Position numbers and translations under genes: made by a program | DNA from: a virus | Reading direction: 5' to 3' (one strand) | Virus record (IMG/VR): IMGVR_UViG_3300033149_003526 | Span: 2,852-66,851 of that record | Length of the DNA stretch: 64,000 nt | In this document: positions 49,004 through 58,703 of the stretch, in pieces | Numbering within the stretch: position 1 is the first letter of the stretch | Layout: each line of letters begins with the position of its first letter | Notes under the pieces: generated by a model | Database searches by the model: none | What the model was told of the DNA's origin: nothing | The model's input: the letters and a program-made list of their open reading frames with translations, nothing else

Positions 49004-49391
49004 TACTATTTTATCTAGTATTATAGGTTATGAAAGAGAAAGATTTGATAAACCTATAGGATTAAGAACTATTATTCTTACTAGCAATAGTGCTACTGTA
49101 TTTACAATTATATCGTTAAAATTAACTAAACTAGCTACTTTGTATAATGTAAATTTTGATATTTCAAGAATAATCGCATATATGATTGCTGGTATAGGAT
49201 TTTTAGGTAGCGGTATTATCATTAAAAGAAAAAATGATTTAGAAGGTACTACTACTGCTATTTGTTTATGGATAGCATTAGCTATAGGCATATTAATAGG
49301 TTTGAATTTATATTTATATGCTATAGTATTAACTTTATATACTGTATTTATATTACAAATTAAATTATTTACTAAACGTAAAAATAAATAA
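48963..49391 (+). CDS. mgtC: MgtC/SapB family membrane protein
   Basis: IGYERE...GLRT...RI.A...GIGFLGSG.I...G.TTA..LW. Confidence 0.9.
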   Translation: MNMLSNLVVKLTVSTILSSIIGYERERFDKPIGLRTIILTSNSATVFTIISLKLTKLATLYNVNFDISRIIAYMIAGIGFLGSGIIIKRKNDLEGTTTAICLWIALAIGILIGLNLYLYAIVLTLYTVFILQIKLFTKRKNK

Positions 49392-49424
49392 AATATACAA
49401 TAATAATGAGAGAGGTGATAAATT

Positions 49425-50138
49425 ATGAATAATATTATTGAATTATTATTGTTTTTTATAGGTGGTATCGTATTTTCTTACATTAACAAAAGAATAATGT
49501 TATCTGCTATTAACAGTACTAAAAATAATAAAGTAGTGAAAGAAAAATTTAATTCTACTAAATTTAAAAAAGGACTATTAAGTTTAAATGATAAAGTTTT
49601 ATGGATTAAAGATTTAGTAAGCATTTTTAATATTAGAAAATTAATAATTTATATTTTTATTTTATCAATAGTTTTTGGCTATGGTTGGTATAAAGGTAGA
49701 TTAAACACTCCTGTATCAGTAGATATAAATTATTCTAAAGAAATGAGAATAGATTTAAATAAAAATCAGTATTTGTATAAACCTAAAAACAGTAATAGGT
49801 TAGAATTAAGAGATTCTAATACTGGAAAATTAATTAAAGTAATTAAAACTAAAGATATTCCAGAATTAAAAGAAAAATTAAAACCAATTGGGTTTGATTT
49901 AGAACCTATTTTTGTTGCTGGATATGGAATAGGAGAAAAAGAAAATAAACCAGAAATAGGTGGTGGTATTAGTTTTTTAAGGTATTTTAAAATGAAGTTA
50001 GATACATTTTTAACTAATAGAGGAATTTATTTAGGAACTAGTTATAAAATTACTGATAATAGTGGAATAGGAGTTGGAGTAGGTAAAGGATATAAAGGAG
50101 ATAACAGAGTGCTATTTTATTATAAATGGAAATTTTAA
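49425..50138 (+). CDS. Membrane protein with Gly/aromatic beta-strand C-terminus
   Basis: Two TM helices; amphipathic strands ending YYKWKF. Confidence 0.55.
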   Translation: MNNIIELLLFFIGGIVFSYINKRIMLSAINSTKNNKVVKEKFNSTKFKKGLLSLNDKVLWIKDLVSIFNIRKLIIYIFILSIVFGYGWYKGRLNTPVSVDINYSKEMRIDLNKNQYLYKPKNSNRLELRDSNTGKLIKVIKTKDIPELKEKLKPIGFDLEPIFVAGYGIGEKENKPEIGGGISFLRYFKMKLDTFLTNRGIYLGTSYKITDNSGIGVGVGKGYKGDNRVLFYYKWKF

Positions 50139-50139
50139 T

Positions 50140-51201
50140 ATGATAAACTTAAGTTTACTAAAAAATTTAGTTTTAATTCCATCTCCTAGTGGATACGAAA
50201 GATATATAGCTCATTCTATTTATGATTATTTAACTAAAAATAAAATAGATAATGTAAGCATAGATCATTTACATAATGTATCAGTTGTATTTAAAGGAAA
50301 ATTACCATTTACTGTTTTAGTTGATGCTCATTTAGATACTATAGGATTTATAATAACTCATATATCTAAAGAAGGTTTTATTAAAGTTAATTGGATTGGT
50401 GGTAGTATTGATACCATTACTAGAGGAAGAGAAGTAATTATTTTAAAAGAGTTAGAAGGAAAAGTAATACCTGCAGTTATTGATATTAAACACGCACATT
50501 TAGTTAGAGATGAATCGGACGATGTTTTAGTAGGTAAATTAAGTGATATATCTTTAGACATTGGAATAAGAAAACATAAAGCAGTATCTAAAATAGTAAG
50601 TATAGGAGATCCAGTTGTATTTACTCCAACTTTTAATATTTTATACGAAGATAAAAATAATACTTATTTATATGGTAGTGGCTTTGATGATAAAGTAGGA
50701 TGTTATATATTAATAGAAACTATTAAAAAATTAACTAAAAATTTTAAACCTAAAAATTTTCCTACTATTATATTTACTTTTACTTCTTTAGAGGAATCTA
50801 CTCAAGCTGGTATATTAGAAGTAATTAAAAGATATAAACCAGACGTATTTATTGAAATAGATGTAGGATTCGCTAGTGATTATCCTGATGTAGATGAAAA
50901 AGAAATAGGTTTATTTGAGGTAGGTAAAGGAGTAGGTATTGTGAAAGGAGTAGGATTATCTAACTATCTAATAGATAAGGTAATAACAATTGCAAAATAT
51001 AATAAAATTAAATTTCAAGTTATAGCAGATAGTGGAAATACGGGTTATGTATCAGATAAAGCTCCTAAGCATAGAGTTAAAAAAACTATGTTATTTACTA
51101 TACCGTTAAGAAATATGCATACTCCAGTTGAAATCATTAGTACTATTGATATAAAATCTAGTATTAAATTATTATATACAGTATTAAGTAAATTAAAATG
51201 A
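50140..51201 (+). CDS. M42 family metallo-aminopeptidase
   Basis: SPSGYE, DAHLD, FDDKVG, EE, IDV, MHT. Confidence 0.88.
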   Translation: MINLSLLKNLVLIPSPSGYERYIAHSIYDYLTKNKIDNVSIDHLHNVSVVFKGKLPFTVLVDAHLDTIGFIITHISKEGFIKVNWIGGSIDTITRGREVIILKELEGKVIPAVIDIKHAHLVRDESDDVLVGKLSDISLDIGIRKHKAVSKIVSIGDPVVFTPTFNILYEDKNNTYLYGSGFDDKVGCYILIETIKKLTKNFKPKNFPTIIFTFTSLEESTQAGILEVIKRYKPDVFIEIDVGFASDYPDVDEKEIGLFEVGKGVGIVKGVGLSNYLIDKVITIAKYNKIKFQVIADSGNTGYVSDKAPKHRVKKTMLFTIPLRNMHTPVEIISTIDIKSSIKLLYTVLSKLK

Positions 51202-51251
51202 GGTGTTGTTTTTTCAATAAAAAAGTGATTAAAAGAATGAGGGAGTAATAT

Positions 51252-51596
51252 ATGATTAGATTAATTAGAAAACTAACTCTAAAAGCAGCAGAAAAAGGAG
51301 ATATAAAATGGTATGAAGGGATCGTTTTTAAAAATCCCTACTCGTGTATTTTATATGTAGCTCCTATACCACTAAATATCATTTTTGGAATAATTTTAAA
51401 TATTTATTTTCGTTTAAAAAAGGGAGTAGTTAACAATATAATAAAAAAAGCTATAAATAGAGAAAAAGATAAGATATATTTATTAGGATACAAAAAAGGA
51501 TATGAAAAAGGATATTTACTTGGGTATGATTTTGCAATAAAATTATGTTGTATTGCTATAAAAGAAAAATTCAAAAAAATTAAAAATAATGATTAA
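51252..51596 (+). CDS. Hypothetical protein
   Basis: GYxxGYxxGY repeat, one hydrophobic segment. Confidence 0.6.
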   Translation: MIRLIRKLTLKAAEKGDIKWYEGIVFKNPYSCILYVAPIPLNIIFGIILNIYFRLKKGVVNNIIKKAINREKDKIYLLGYKKGYEKGYLLGYDFAIKLCCIAIKEKFKKIKNND

Positions 51597-51795
51597 AGTA
51601 TTGTTAAAAACAAAAGAAGGTTTTAAAATGGAAATGGCACTAGAAGAATTTCGTCCTGTGATTCATATAGTAAAAAGACCTAGAATTACAATTAACGATA
51701 TACTACATCCTGATGAATCTAGTCCAATTGTAGAAAAAATGGAGTTCGTCTATTCTTATGCAATAGATGAAATTTATGTATATGAAGAAGTATAA
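51589..51795 (+). CDS. Hypothetical protein
   Basis: ORF coupled to its neighbours. Confidence 0.55.
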   Translation: MIKVLLKTKEGFKMEMALEEFRPVIHIVKRPRITINDILHPDESSPIVEKMEFVYSYAIDEIYVYEEV

Positions 51796-52459
51796 ATATA
51801 TTACAAAATTAAGTATATTTGAACAAAAAGCTAGATTATTAGGCAATAGTGTTGTAGGTATAGATGAAGTTAATGTATGTAGTTATGTTGGACCTATAAT
51901 AGTATGTGCTGTTAAATTGCCTAAAAATACTGATAACTTAATTCCTGTAGCTGATTCTAAAACTTTAACAGAAAAACAAATAGAATATATAGCAAATAAA
52001 TTAAAAAATAAAGTAGAATATAAAATAGCAGAAGTTCCTATTAAGGATATCGATAATCATAAAATGTTAAAAAGTAAATATAGAGTTATAAAAAATTTAG
52101 TATATAATATATATGGAAGCATAGTTTTAATAGATTATAATACAATACCAGAAATGAATAAATATCCAATATGGCAAATAGGAATTAAAGATGGCGATAA
52201 AAAATGCTGGTGTATAGCAGCAGCTTCTATATTAGCTAAAGACTACTGGAATAATTGGTGTAAAAAATTTCATAAAATATATCCTGAATATAATTTAATT
52301 AACAATAAAGGTAGCTTTGGAAATCAATTATTTAATTTAACTTTAAAATATGGATTAACTAAATATCATAGAAAAAATTGGATATTATCTGCTTGTAAAA
52401 CAAAAGGTTTAAATATTAGATTAAGAATAAATAATAAAAAAGAGGTGGTGAAAATATGA
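51767..52459 (+). CDS. rnhB: Ribonuclease HII
   Basis: GIDEV, GPI, DSKTL, LID, GD, IAAASILAK, HRK. Confidence 0.88.
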   Translation: MKFMYMKKYKYITKLSIFEQKARLLGNSVVGIDEVNVCSYVGPIIVCAVKLPKNTDNLIPVADSKTLTEKQIEYIANKLKNKVEYKIAEVPIKDIDNHKMLKSKYRVIKNLVYNIYGSIVLIDYNTIPEMNKYPIWQIGIKDGDKKCWCIAAASILAKDYWNNWCKKFHKIYPEYNLINNKGSFGNQLFNLTLKYGLTKYHRKNWILSACKTKGLNIRLRINNKKEVVKI

Positions 52460-52863
52460 CTATTAAAGAACTTAAACAAAAAATGATTGAAGAATTTAAA
52501 ACTTCTACAGGATTAGACGAAATGATGCCTGTTATAGTATTTGATGAAAATGGGGAATATTTAAAAGGAAGAATAGATTATTTTAGAGTAAACGAAGATA
52601 CTGATGAAGTAGAAGCGGTTATTCAATATTGTGATGAGATGGGAGGATGGTTTTTAGGAAGAAAAAGATGTATAACAAAAGAAATGTTAAGAAATAATAA
52701 AGTTAAAATTTTAAAAGATGAAGATTTAACAGAATGTTTCCATTATTGGGAATATATATCTGGCACAGGAAGGTATCATAAAGTATTAACATTAGGTGGG
52801 ATGATAGAAAAAGAATATAACCTTTATCGCTGTAGGTTCTGTGGTAAAGAAAAAATTTACTAA
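52456..52863 (+). CDS. Hypothetical protein
   Basis: GAGGTG RBS; C-x-H...CRFC. Confidence 0.65.
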   Translation: MTIKELKQKMIEEFKTSTGLDEMMPVIVFDENGEYLKGRIDYFRVNEDTDEVEAVIQYCDEMGGWFLGRKRCITKEMLRNNKVKILKDEDLTECFHYWEYISGTGRYHKVLTLGGMIEKEYNLYRCRFCGKEKIY

Positions 52864-52900
52864 ACGGGAAGTGGTGAAAATATGAAGGAGGAGTGGGTAG

Positions 52901-53134
52901 ATGAAGAAGAAATATAAAATTAAATGTTTTTGTGATAATGGAAAATTAGAATATTTAATTGGGTTTAAAAGCACTATAGATACTTGTTATCGGTGTAATG
53001 GTAAGGGTTATATAATGGGGACTAAAGAGGATGAAGAAATGATTGATTTGATGAAGGAATTTATAGGAGTTTGTGGGAGAATTTCAAAAATAGCAAAAGG
53101 AGGATTAAAAGATGAAGAAAAAATTGATAATTGA
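52901..53134 (+). CDS. Small DnaJ-type Zn-finger protein
   Basis: CFCDNG...CYRCNGKG. Confidence 0.6.
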   Translation: MKKKYKIKCFCDNGKLEYLIGFKSTIDTCYRCNGKGYIMGTKEDEEMIDLMKEFIGVCGRISKIAKGGLKDEEKIDN

Positions 53135-53306
53135 AGTAGAGATTAATTGTGAGAGAAAGTTTTGCGATGGATGTGATTATAATGATGGGGAGCATTGCTA
53201 CCTTTTTGGTAAAAAATTAGAAATAGAAATTAGAAAAGATGGAATTGCTGATTATATTCGTTGTCCAGAGTGCCTTGAGGCGGAAAGGAGGGCTAAAAAT
53301 GCCTAA
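53112..53306 (+). CDS. Small Cys-rich protein
   Basis: C-x4-CxxC...C.LF...RCPEC. Confidence 0.65.
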   Translation: MKKKLIIEVEINCERKFCDGCDYNDGEHCYLFGKKLEIEIRKDGIADYIRCPECLEAERRAKNA

Positions 53307-53532
53307 AATTATTCAAACCATAACTGGATGGTATTATCCTTGTAGTAAGAAAATATTTGAATGGGATAAAACAGGAAAATTTTTAGATGTTTGTTTAGAT
53401 ACTTCTGTATATAAAACAAAGAAAGATTTAGAAGAAGCATATGAAAATAAATGTTTTTGTGGCAAAGGTTGTAAACCTCAAAAAATACGAATAGTAGTAG
53501 AGAAGATATTAAACGTAATAGAAAAATTTTGA
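53299..53532 (+). CDS. Hypothetical protein
   Basis: ATG 53299 after AGGAGG (track start 53239). Confidence 0.6.
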   Translation: MPKIIQTITGWYYPCSKKIFEWDKTGKFLDVCLDTSVYKTKKDLEEAYENKCFCGKGCKPQKIRIVVEKILNVIEKF

Positions 53533-53623
53533 AAGGCACAAACGGTGGATGAGTGTGATACATAGAGAAAAATTGCTAATGCTATTGTTAATATTATAAT
53601 TAAAAAGGAGGAGAGATAAAAAG

Positions 53624-53875
53624 ATGTTAAAAATACCATGGGAAGTAGCAAATTATCTTTTAGATACATTAGGTTTTGATAAATTAGGGTATGTATATGA
53701 AGAAGGCGGAGGCGGTGGAGTAAAGGAGTTTACTATTTGGGTTAAAGAAAATGGGGATATTTATTTAGTTCATCAATGTGAAATTGAAAAGAGTGGGTTT
53801 TGGATAAAATTAGCGGAAAAAAATTTTGAGAAACATAAACAAGATATAGAAGATGAAACCAGTGAAATGAAATAA
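53624..53875 (+). CDS. Hypothetical protein
   Basis: AGGAGG RBS. Confidence 0.6.
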   Translation: MLKIPWEVANYLLDTLGFDKLGYVYEEGGGGGVKEFTIWVKENGDIYLVHQCEIEKSGFWIKLAEKNFEKHKQDIEDETSEMK

Positions 53876-54064
53876 GTGAAGTAAAAATTTAAGTGACTAT
53901 ATTAAGAAATATGCTGAAGTTAAAGCTAATTTTAATAAAAATTTAATTGATACAGAGATAAGAAAACAGTATTTTATTTATTGGATAGTTGCTGATGAAT
54001 TATTTATTCCTAAAAAAGTGTTAAACATTGAGGCTATAAAATAATAAAAAAGAGGAGTGAATAG

Positions 54065-54580
54065 ATGGAGAAGAAAATAATTATAAATAAAATATGTAAA
54101 AAATGTGGTGTTTCTTTCGTTATTGGCTATCGTTATTACTCTGACGATGGACTACCTAAATTTCCAAAAAATATTAAACAAGTATGTAAAAAATGTGAAG
54201 AAGAAATCAAAAAAGAAAAAATAAAATTGTGGCTAAAACAGAAAGATGCAATCGAAAAGATAACTATGTTAGATATAGAAAAATGGAATAAAATAGAAAA
54301 ATTTCGTTCTAACCTTAAAAAAATAAATATTTTCTTAAATATTTTTTTATTCTTTTTGTCGTTTTTATTTCTTTTATTCTATCCTTCATTATTACTTTTT
54401 ATTTTTATAGGGTTTATTGTTATCGAATGTTTTCAAGTAGATTATGAAATTAATAAAGTAAATAAGATTATTGAGGAATATAACGACAAGATTAAATTTT
54501 GGGAGGATGAAGTAGAAAATTTAAAAAAGAAAGTGGAGATATTGACTAAATTTGTATGGAAAGATGAAGAAAAAGATTAA
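54065..54580 (+). CDS. Zn-finger membrane protein
   Basis: CKKC x2, TM hairpin, coiled coil. Confidence 0.65.
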   Translation: MEKKIIINKICKKCGVSFVIGYRYYSDDGLPKFPKNIKQVCKKCEEEIKKEKIKLWLKQKDAIEKITMLDIEKWNKIEKFRSNLKKINIFLNIFLFFLSFLFLLFYPSLLLFIFIGFIVIECFQVDYEINKVNKIIEEYNDKIKFWEDEVENLKKKVEILTKFVWKDEEKD

Positions 54581-54697
54581 GATTGAAGTAGAAATTGATT
54601 AAAAGAAAACTTTATTAAAAATTTCTAAAGGAAGATGTCCTTGTAATAGAGGTTGTAAACCTTAAAAAATACGGATAATAGTGGAGGAGGTAGAATA
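54561..54697 (+). pseudogene. Decayed duplicate of the 53112 gene start and the 53299 gene end
   Basis: MKKKIKIEVEID* vs MKKKLIIEVEIN; CPCNRGCKP*KIRIIVE vs CFCGKGCKPQKIRIVVE. Confidence 0.7.
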
Positions 54698-55795
54698 ATG
54701 AAACAATTAAAACTTAATCATATTTATCAAGGCGATACGTTGGAAGTGTTAAAAACATTCCCGGATGAAAGTGTGGATTGTATTATTACTTCTCCACCTT
54801 ATTGGGGATTAAGAGATTATAGAGTAGAAGGACAGATAGGATTGGAATCTACGCTTGAGGAATATATTGAAAAAATATTGAAAATTACCAATGAACTTAA
54901 AAGAGTGCTTAAAAAGACGGGAGTGATGTTTTGGAATCACGGCTCAAGTTACCAAGATAAATGTGATACGATGCAAAACTATCGTTTAATTCTAAAAATG
55001 ATAGATGAACAAAAATGGACTTTGCGGGATACTATTATTTGGGCTAAAAAGATATGGATAGCAAAAGAAAATAAATCAATAGGAAATGCAATGCCTTGTT
55101 CAGTTCGTGACCGTTGTAATTTTACTTATGAGCCTATTTTTATGTTAGTTAAAAATAAAAAATATTTTTTTGATTTAGAAATTTTAAAAGTTCCATATAC
55201 TAAACCTTTAAATAGATGGGGTGGAAATAAACTAAAAGTAGCAACAAATAAAAGTAGTGTATGGGATAAGTTAACTAATCAATCCACATATAGAGATAGA
55301 AATTTAAGACCAGATCCATTAGGGTCTAAAAGACCTAATGTATGGCAAGTAAACACAAAGCCATTAAAGTTATTACATTGTGCAGCTTATCCTACTACAT
55401 TAATAGAAGATTTAATTAAAGTAGGATGTCCACAATGGGTATGCAAAAAATGTAATAAACCAAGAGAAAGAATAATAAAAATAAAATATTTAAAAAAAAG
55501 GGAAAATAAACGAAATAAAAAACCAAGAGAAGAATTAGGTAAAGTTATGCAAGAAGTTCCTACAAAAGGATGGTTAACAGAAAAATTAACAGTAGGATGG
55601 ACAGATTGTGGATGTAATTACGGATGGAAATCGGGTATAGTTTTAGATCCATTTATGGGTTCTGGAACTACGGCTGTAGTAGCTCAAAGTTTAGGTAGAA
55701 ATTGGATAGGAATAGAACTTAACCCTGAATACATAAAAATGGCTTATAAAAGAATAGAAGATAAATTTGGGGTATTCATAAAGAAGTTGGAATAA
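54698..55795 (+). CDS. N4-cytosine/N6-adenine DNA methyltransferase (beta class)
   Basis: TSPPY before DPFMGSGTT; GIELN. Confidence 0.92.
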   Translation: MKQLKLNHIYQGDTLEVLKTFPDESVDCIITSPPYWGLRDYRVEGQIGLESTLEEYIEKILKITNELKRVLKKTGVMFWNHGSSYQDKCDTMQNYRLILKMIDEQKWTLRDTIIWAKKIWIAKENKSIGNAMPCSVRDRCNFTYEPIFMLVKNKKYFFDLEILKVPYTKPLNRWGGNKLKVATNKSSVWDKLTNQSTYRDRNLRPDPLGSKRPNVWQVNTKPLKLLHCAAYPTTLIEDLIKVGCPQWVCKKCNKPRERIIKIKYLKKRENKRNKKPREELGKVMQEVPTKGWLTEKLTVGWTDCGCNYGWKSGIVLDPFMGSGTTAVVAQSLGRNWIGIELNPEYIKMAYKRIEDKFGVFIKKLE

Positions 55796-55864
55796 AATAA
55801 AAAAGCTCAAAAAAAAATTAAAAAATGATTTATAAACGAAATATTTAAAGCAAGGAGGTAAAAT

Positions 55865-56005
55865 ATGGAAAAAATAATTGAGTTATTTACTAATGTGATA
55901 GTTATTACAATTGCTGTAATATTGGGAATTTTTATCGGTATTATATTTGCTGCTATATTAGCTAGAATTATAATTTTTATAAATAAGATATTTAAGAAAA
56001 ATTAA
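55865..56005 (+). CDS. 46-aa single-pass membrane peptide (not in ORF track)
   Basis: AAGGAGGT RBS; long hydrophobic helix. Confidence 0.55.
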   Translation: MEKIIELFTNVIVITIAVILGIFIGIIFAAILARIIIFINKIFKKN

Positions 56006-56038
56006 AATTAGTATATAATATAATTGAAGGGGGATAAT

Positions 56039-56233
56039 ATGGGAATAATTAGAAATATAGTAAATCAAGAAGTGTTACATTATATTAAAAATAAAGAAAA
56101 AGAAATTTCTAATAATGATAATAGTACAAAATCTAATATGACTTTTGTTAAAGCAGATATATATATTTTAGCTAATTTAATTATATCTAGGATAGAAGAA
56201 TTATTATCAGATAAATTTATAGAAAGAAAATAG
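56039..56233 (+). CDS. Hypothetical protein
   Basis: ATG 56039 after AGGGGG (track start 56024). Confidence 0.55.
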   Translation: MGIIRNIVNQEVLHYIKNKEKEISNNDNSTKSNMTFVKADIYILANLIISRIEELLSDKFIERK

Positions 56234-56236
56234 AAA

Positions 56237-56995
56237 ATGATTAATATTCTTTTAATAGACATTACTGAATTATTTTTTATTACTAATTATGTTCAATATT
56301 CTATATACCTTAAAAAAGGAACGAATATTAAATGGGAATTTTTCTTTTTAAATAAATTAATATCTATTTTAAAGCAATTTAAAGAAAACAATAATATAAT
56401 TTTAGGTATATGTGATGGAGTAGATAATTGGAGAAAACATTTATTTCCAGAATATAAATCAGATAGGAAAGAAATTAGAAAACTACAAAAATATATGAAT
56501 TGGGAAAAAAGATTTGAAGAATTTGAAAAAATGAAACAATTTTTAGATGAGTATACTTGTATAAATATACTAGAACATCAAAATTTAGAAAGTGATGATA
56601 TTATAGCTTCTTTATGTAAACTTTATAGTAACAATACTCAATTGACTATACTATCATCAGACCATGATTTACATCAACTATTGGTATATCCAAATGTAAA
56701 ACTAATTTCTTTACGTACTTTGAAAGAAAAGAAAATAAAAAATCCTATAGCAGAGTTAAATAAATTAATAAGAAATGGGGATAAAACTGATAATATTCCT
56801 AAAGCAGAAAATTATATAATGCTTATTAAGAATGAAATATTAGTTGATTTATTACATTTGCCTAAAACTATAATCGAAATAGTAGATATCATGCGTAAAA
56901 TTAAAACAAAAAAAGAATTAAATAAAGATAATATTCCTTATAAATATAAAAATATTTTAAAAAATATAGAATTACTAAAAGGAGGAAAACTATGA
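56237..56995 (+). CDS. 5'-3' exonuclease / flap endonuclease (T4 RNase H-like)
   Basis: LID, WRK.LFPEYK..R, ESDDIIA, SSDHDLHQL, GDKTDNIP. Confidence 0.9.
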   Translation: MINILLIDITELFFITNYVQYSIYLKKGTNIKWEFFFLNKLISILKQFKENNNIILGICDGVDNWRKHLFPEYKSDRKEIRKLQKYMNWEKRFEEFEKMKQFLDEYTCINILEHQNLESDDIIASLCKLYSNNTQLTILSSDHDLHQLLVYPNVKLISLRTLKEKKIKNPIAELNKLIRNGDKTDNIPKAENYIMLIKNEILVDLLHLPKTIIEIVDIMRKIKTKKELNKDNIPYKYKNILKNIELLKGGKL

Positions 56996-57324
56996 AAATA
57001 AAATTAAAAAAAGAAATAAGAAGAACAGTAGCAAGTATAGCAGGATTTGTATTAAATTATCATACGTGTAAACAAATAGATAACAACATTACTGATATAA
57101 TATTTGACTCTGATTATAAAAAAGGATTACGTTTTTATGAAAAACACTTACTTAAACTTATAAAAATGTATATTACTGAATTAATACTTTTTAATAGTAT
57201 ATCTGATAAAGTAATTTTAACAATTAAAAAAAATAAAAATTGGAGTGTAGATAATGTTATAAAATATGTATGGAATGCTTGTAAAGAAGAATTATTAGAA
57301 AAAATAAAAAAAAGTATAAAATGA
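56992..57324 (+). CDS. Hypothetical protein
   Basis: AGGAGG RBS. Confidence 0.6.
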   Translation: MKIKLKKEIRRTVASIAGFVLNYHTCKQIDNNITDIIFDSDYKKGLRFYEKHLLKLIKMYITELILFNSISDKVILTIKKNKNWSVDNVIKYVWNACKEELLEKIKKSIK

Positions 57325-57415
57325 AAAAGTATAAATGGTATAATGTAAAAATGAATTACCTAAAAATAATTGAATGGAGATGTGTTTAATATTTAATAAA
57401 AGGGGGTAGATAATA

Positions 57416-57823
57416 ATGAATAAAGGTATTTTAAAGCAAGTATCAGGAAATGTAGTTAATATTGATAATTTATGGTTAGACGCAAGTAAAGTAATACAGT
57501 TTTTACCAAACAAAACTGGTATAGAAGTAGAATTTGATTACGACCAGTCTAATATGTCATTAAAATTTATAAGACTTGCTAGTAACAGTAATAAATCTTA
57601 TAGTAAAAGTAAAAAAAGTTATAGTGGTAGAACAACTTATAGAAAAAATAGTGCTACACCTACTAATAAATCTAATTCAACTACAGTAGATAAAAGAACA
57701 GATAGTATAGTTAAACAAGTTATTTTCAAAGCTGCTATAGAAGAGCATAAATTATATCCAGATAAAAATTTAATTGATATTTATGAAGAATTATTAGATA
57801 CATTTTATAATGAGCTAGTATAA
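57416..57823 (+). CDS. Possible ssDNA-binding protein
   Basis: Beta-rich N-terminus, S/K-rich linker, IVKQ...KAA helix; lies in the replication cluster. Confidence 0.35.
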   Translation: MNKGILKQVSGNVVNIDNLWLDASKVIQFLPNKTGIEVEFDYDQSNMSLKFIRLASNSNKSYSKSKKSYSGRTTYRKNSATPTNKSNSTTVDKRTDSIVKQVIFKAAIEEHKLYPDKNLIDIYEELLDTFYNELV

Positions 57824-57825
57824 TT

Positions 57826-58035
57826 TTGCTTATGAAAGTAAAAATTGTTAAAATAAAAGAATATGATTTAAAACATAAAGGATTAATTTATAGGATATAT
57901 TTAGGCAATAACTCTAATTTTGTAATAAAAGTAAAATCTAAACAATTTAAATTAATAGAACCTATAATTAAACACTATTATACATCAAAAGAAAATACAT
58001 ATATACCAGATAACATTATTAATAAGATAAAATAA
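57826..58035 (+). CDS. Hypothetical protein
   Basis: Fills the operon gap. Confidence 0.5.
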   Translation: MLMKVKIVKIKEYDLKHKGLIYRIYLGNNSNFVIKVKSKQFKLIEPIIKHYYTSKENTYIPDNIINKIK

Positions 58036-58048
58036 AAAAGTATTTATT

Positions 58049-58702
58049 ATGAATAAAAATCAGTATAAATTTACAGGTTCAGATGAAAGTTATACTTACC
58101 CATCTTTAATAATACCTTTAATTCCATTTATAGAGAAGTTTAGATTAAAAAAAGGTATTAAAAATAGAAAAGATTTAGTTATTTGGTGTCCTTTTGATAC
58201 AGAAACAGATGTTTTTTATAATGGAATTAAAATATTAAAAAGTAATTATGTATATATATTTAGAATTTTAGGTTACACTGTAATATCTTCACATATTGCT
58301 GAAGGAAAAGATTTTTTTACTTATTCTCCTGATTATTTTGATATAATAATTAGTAATCCTCCTTTTAAAAATAAGAAAAAATTTTTTATAAGAGCAAAAG
58401 AATTTAAAAAACCTTTTGCTTTAGTATCTATGGCTAGTTGGCTTAATGATAGTGGAGTTTATGATCTTTTTTATAATTTTGATTTGCAGTTACTTATATC
58501 AGATAAAAGAGCAAAATTTTTTAATTCTGAAGGTAAACCTATAGGAAACAGAGTTAGTTTTAAAGCTATTTATTATTGTCATGATTTTTTAAACAAAACA
58601 ATAGATTGGTTTACAATAGATAGAAATCTTGAAAAAAAATGTTATTTAACTGAACAAGAAATAAAAGAATTATTTAATATTTATAAAAATATTAAAATTT
58701 AA
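58049..58702 (+). CDS. Adenine-specific DNA methyltransferase-like protein
   Basis: IWCPFD, DFF, IISNPPF, KPFAL. Confidence 0.75.
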   Translation: MNKNQYKFTGSDESYTYPSLIIPLIPFIEKFRLKKGIKNRKDLVIWCPFDTETDVFYNGIKILKSNYVYIFRILGYTVISSHIAEGKDFFTYSPDYFDIIISNPPFKNKKKFFIRAKEFKKPFALVSMASWLNDSGVYDLFYNFDLQLLISDKRAKFFNSEGKPIGNRVSFKAIYYCHDFLNKTIDWFTIDRNLEKKCYLTEQEIKELFNIYKNIKI

Positions 58703-58703
58703 A

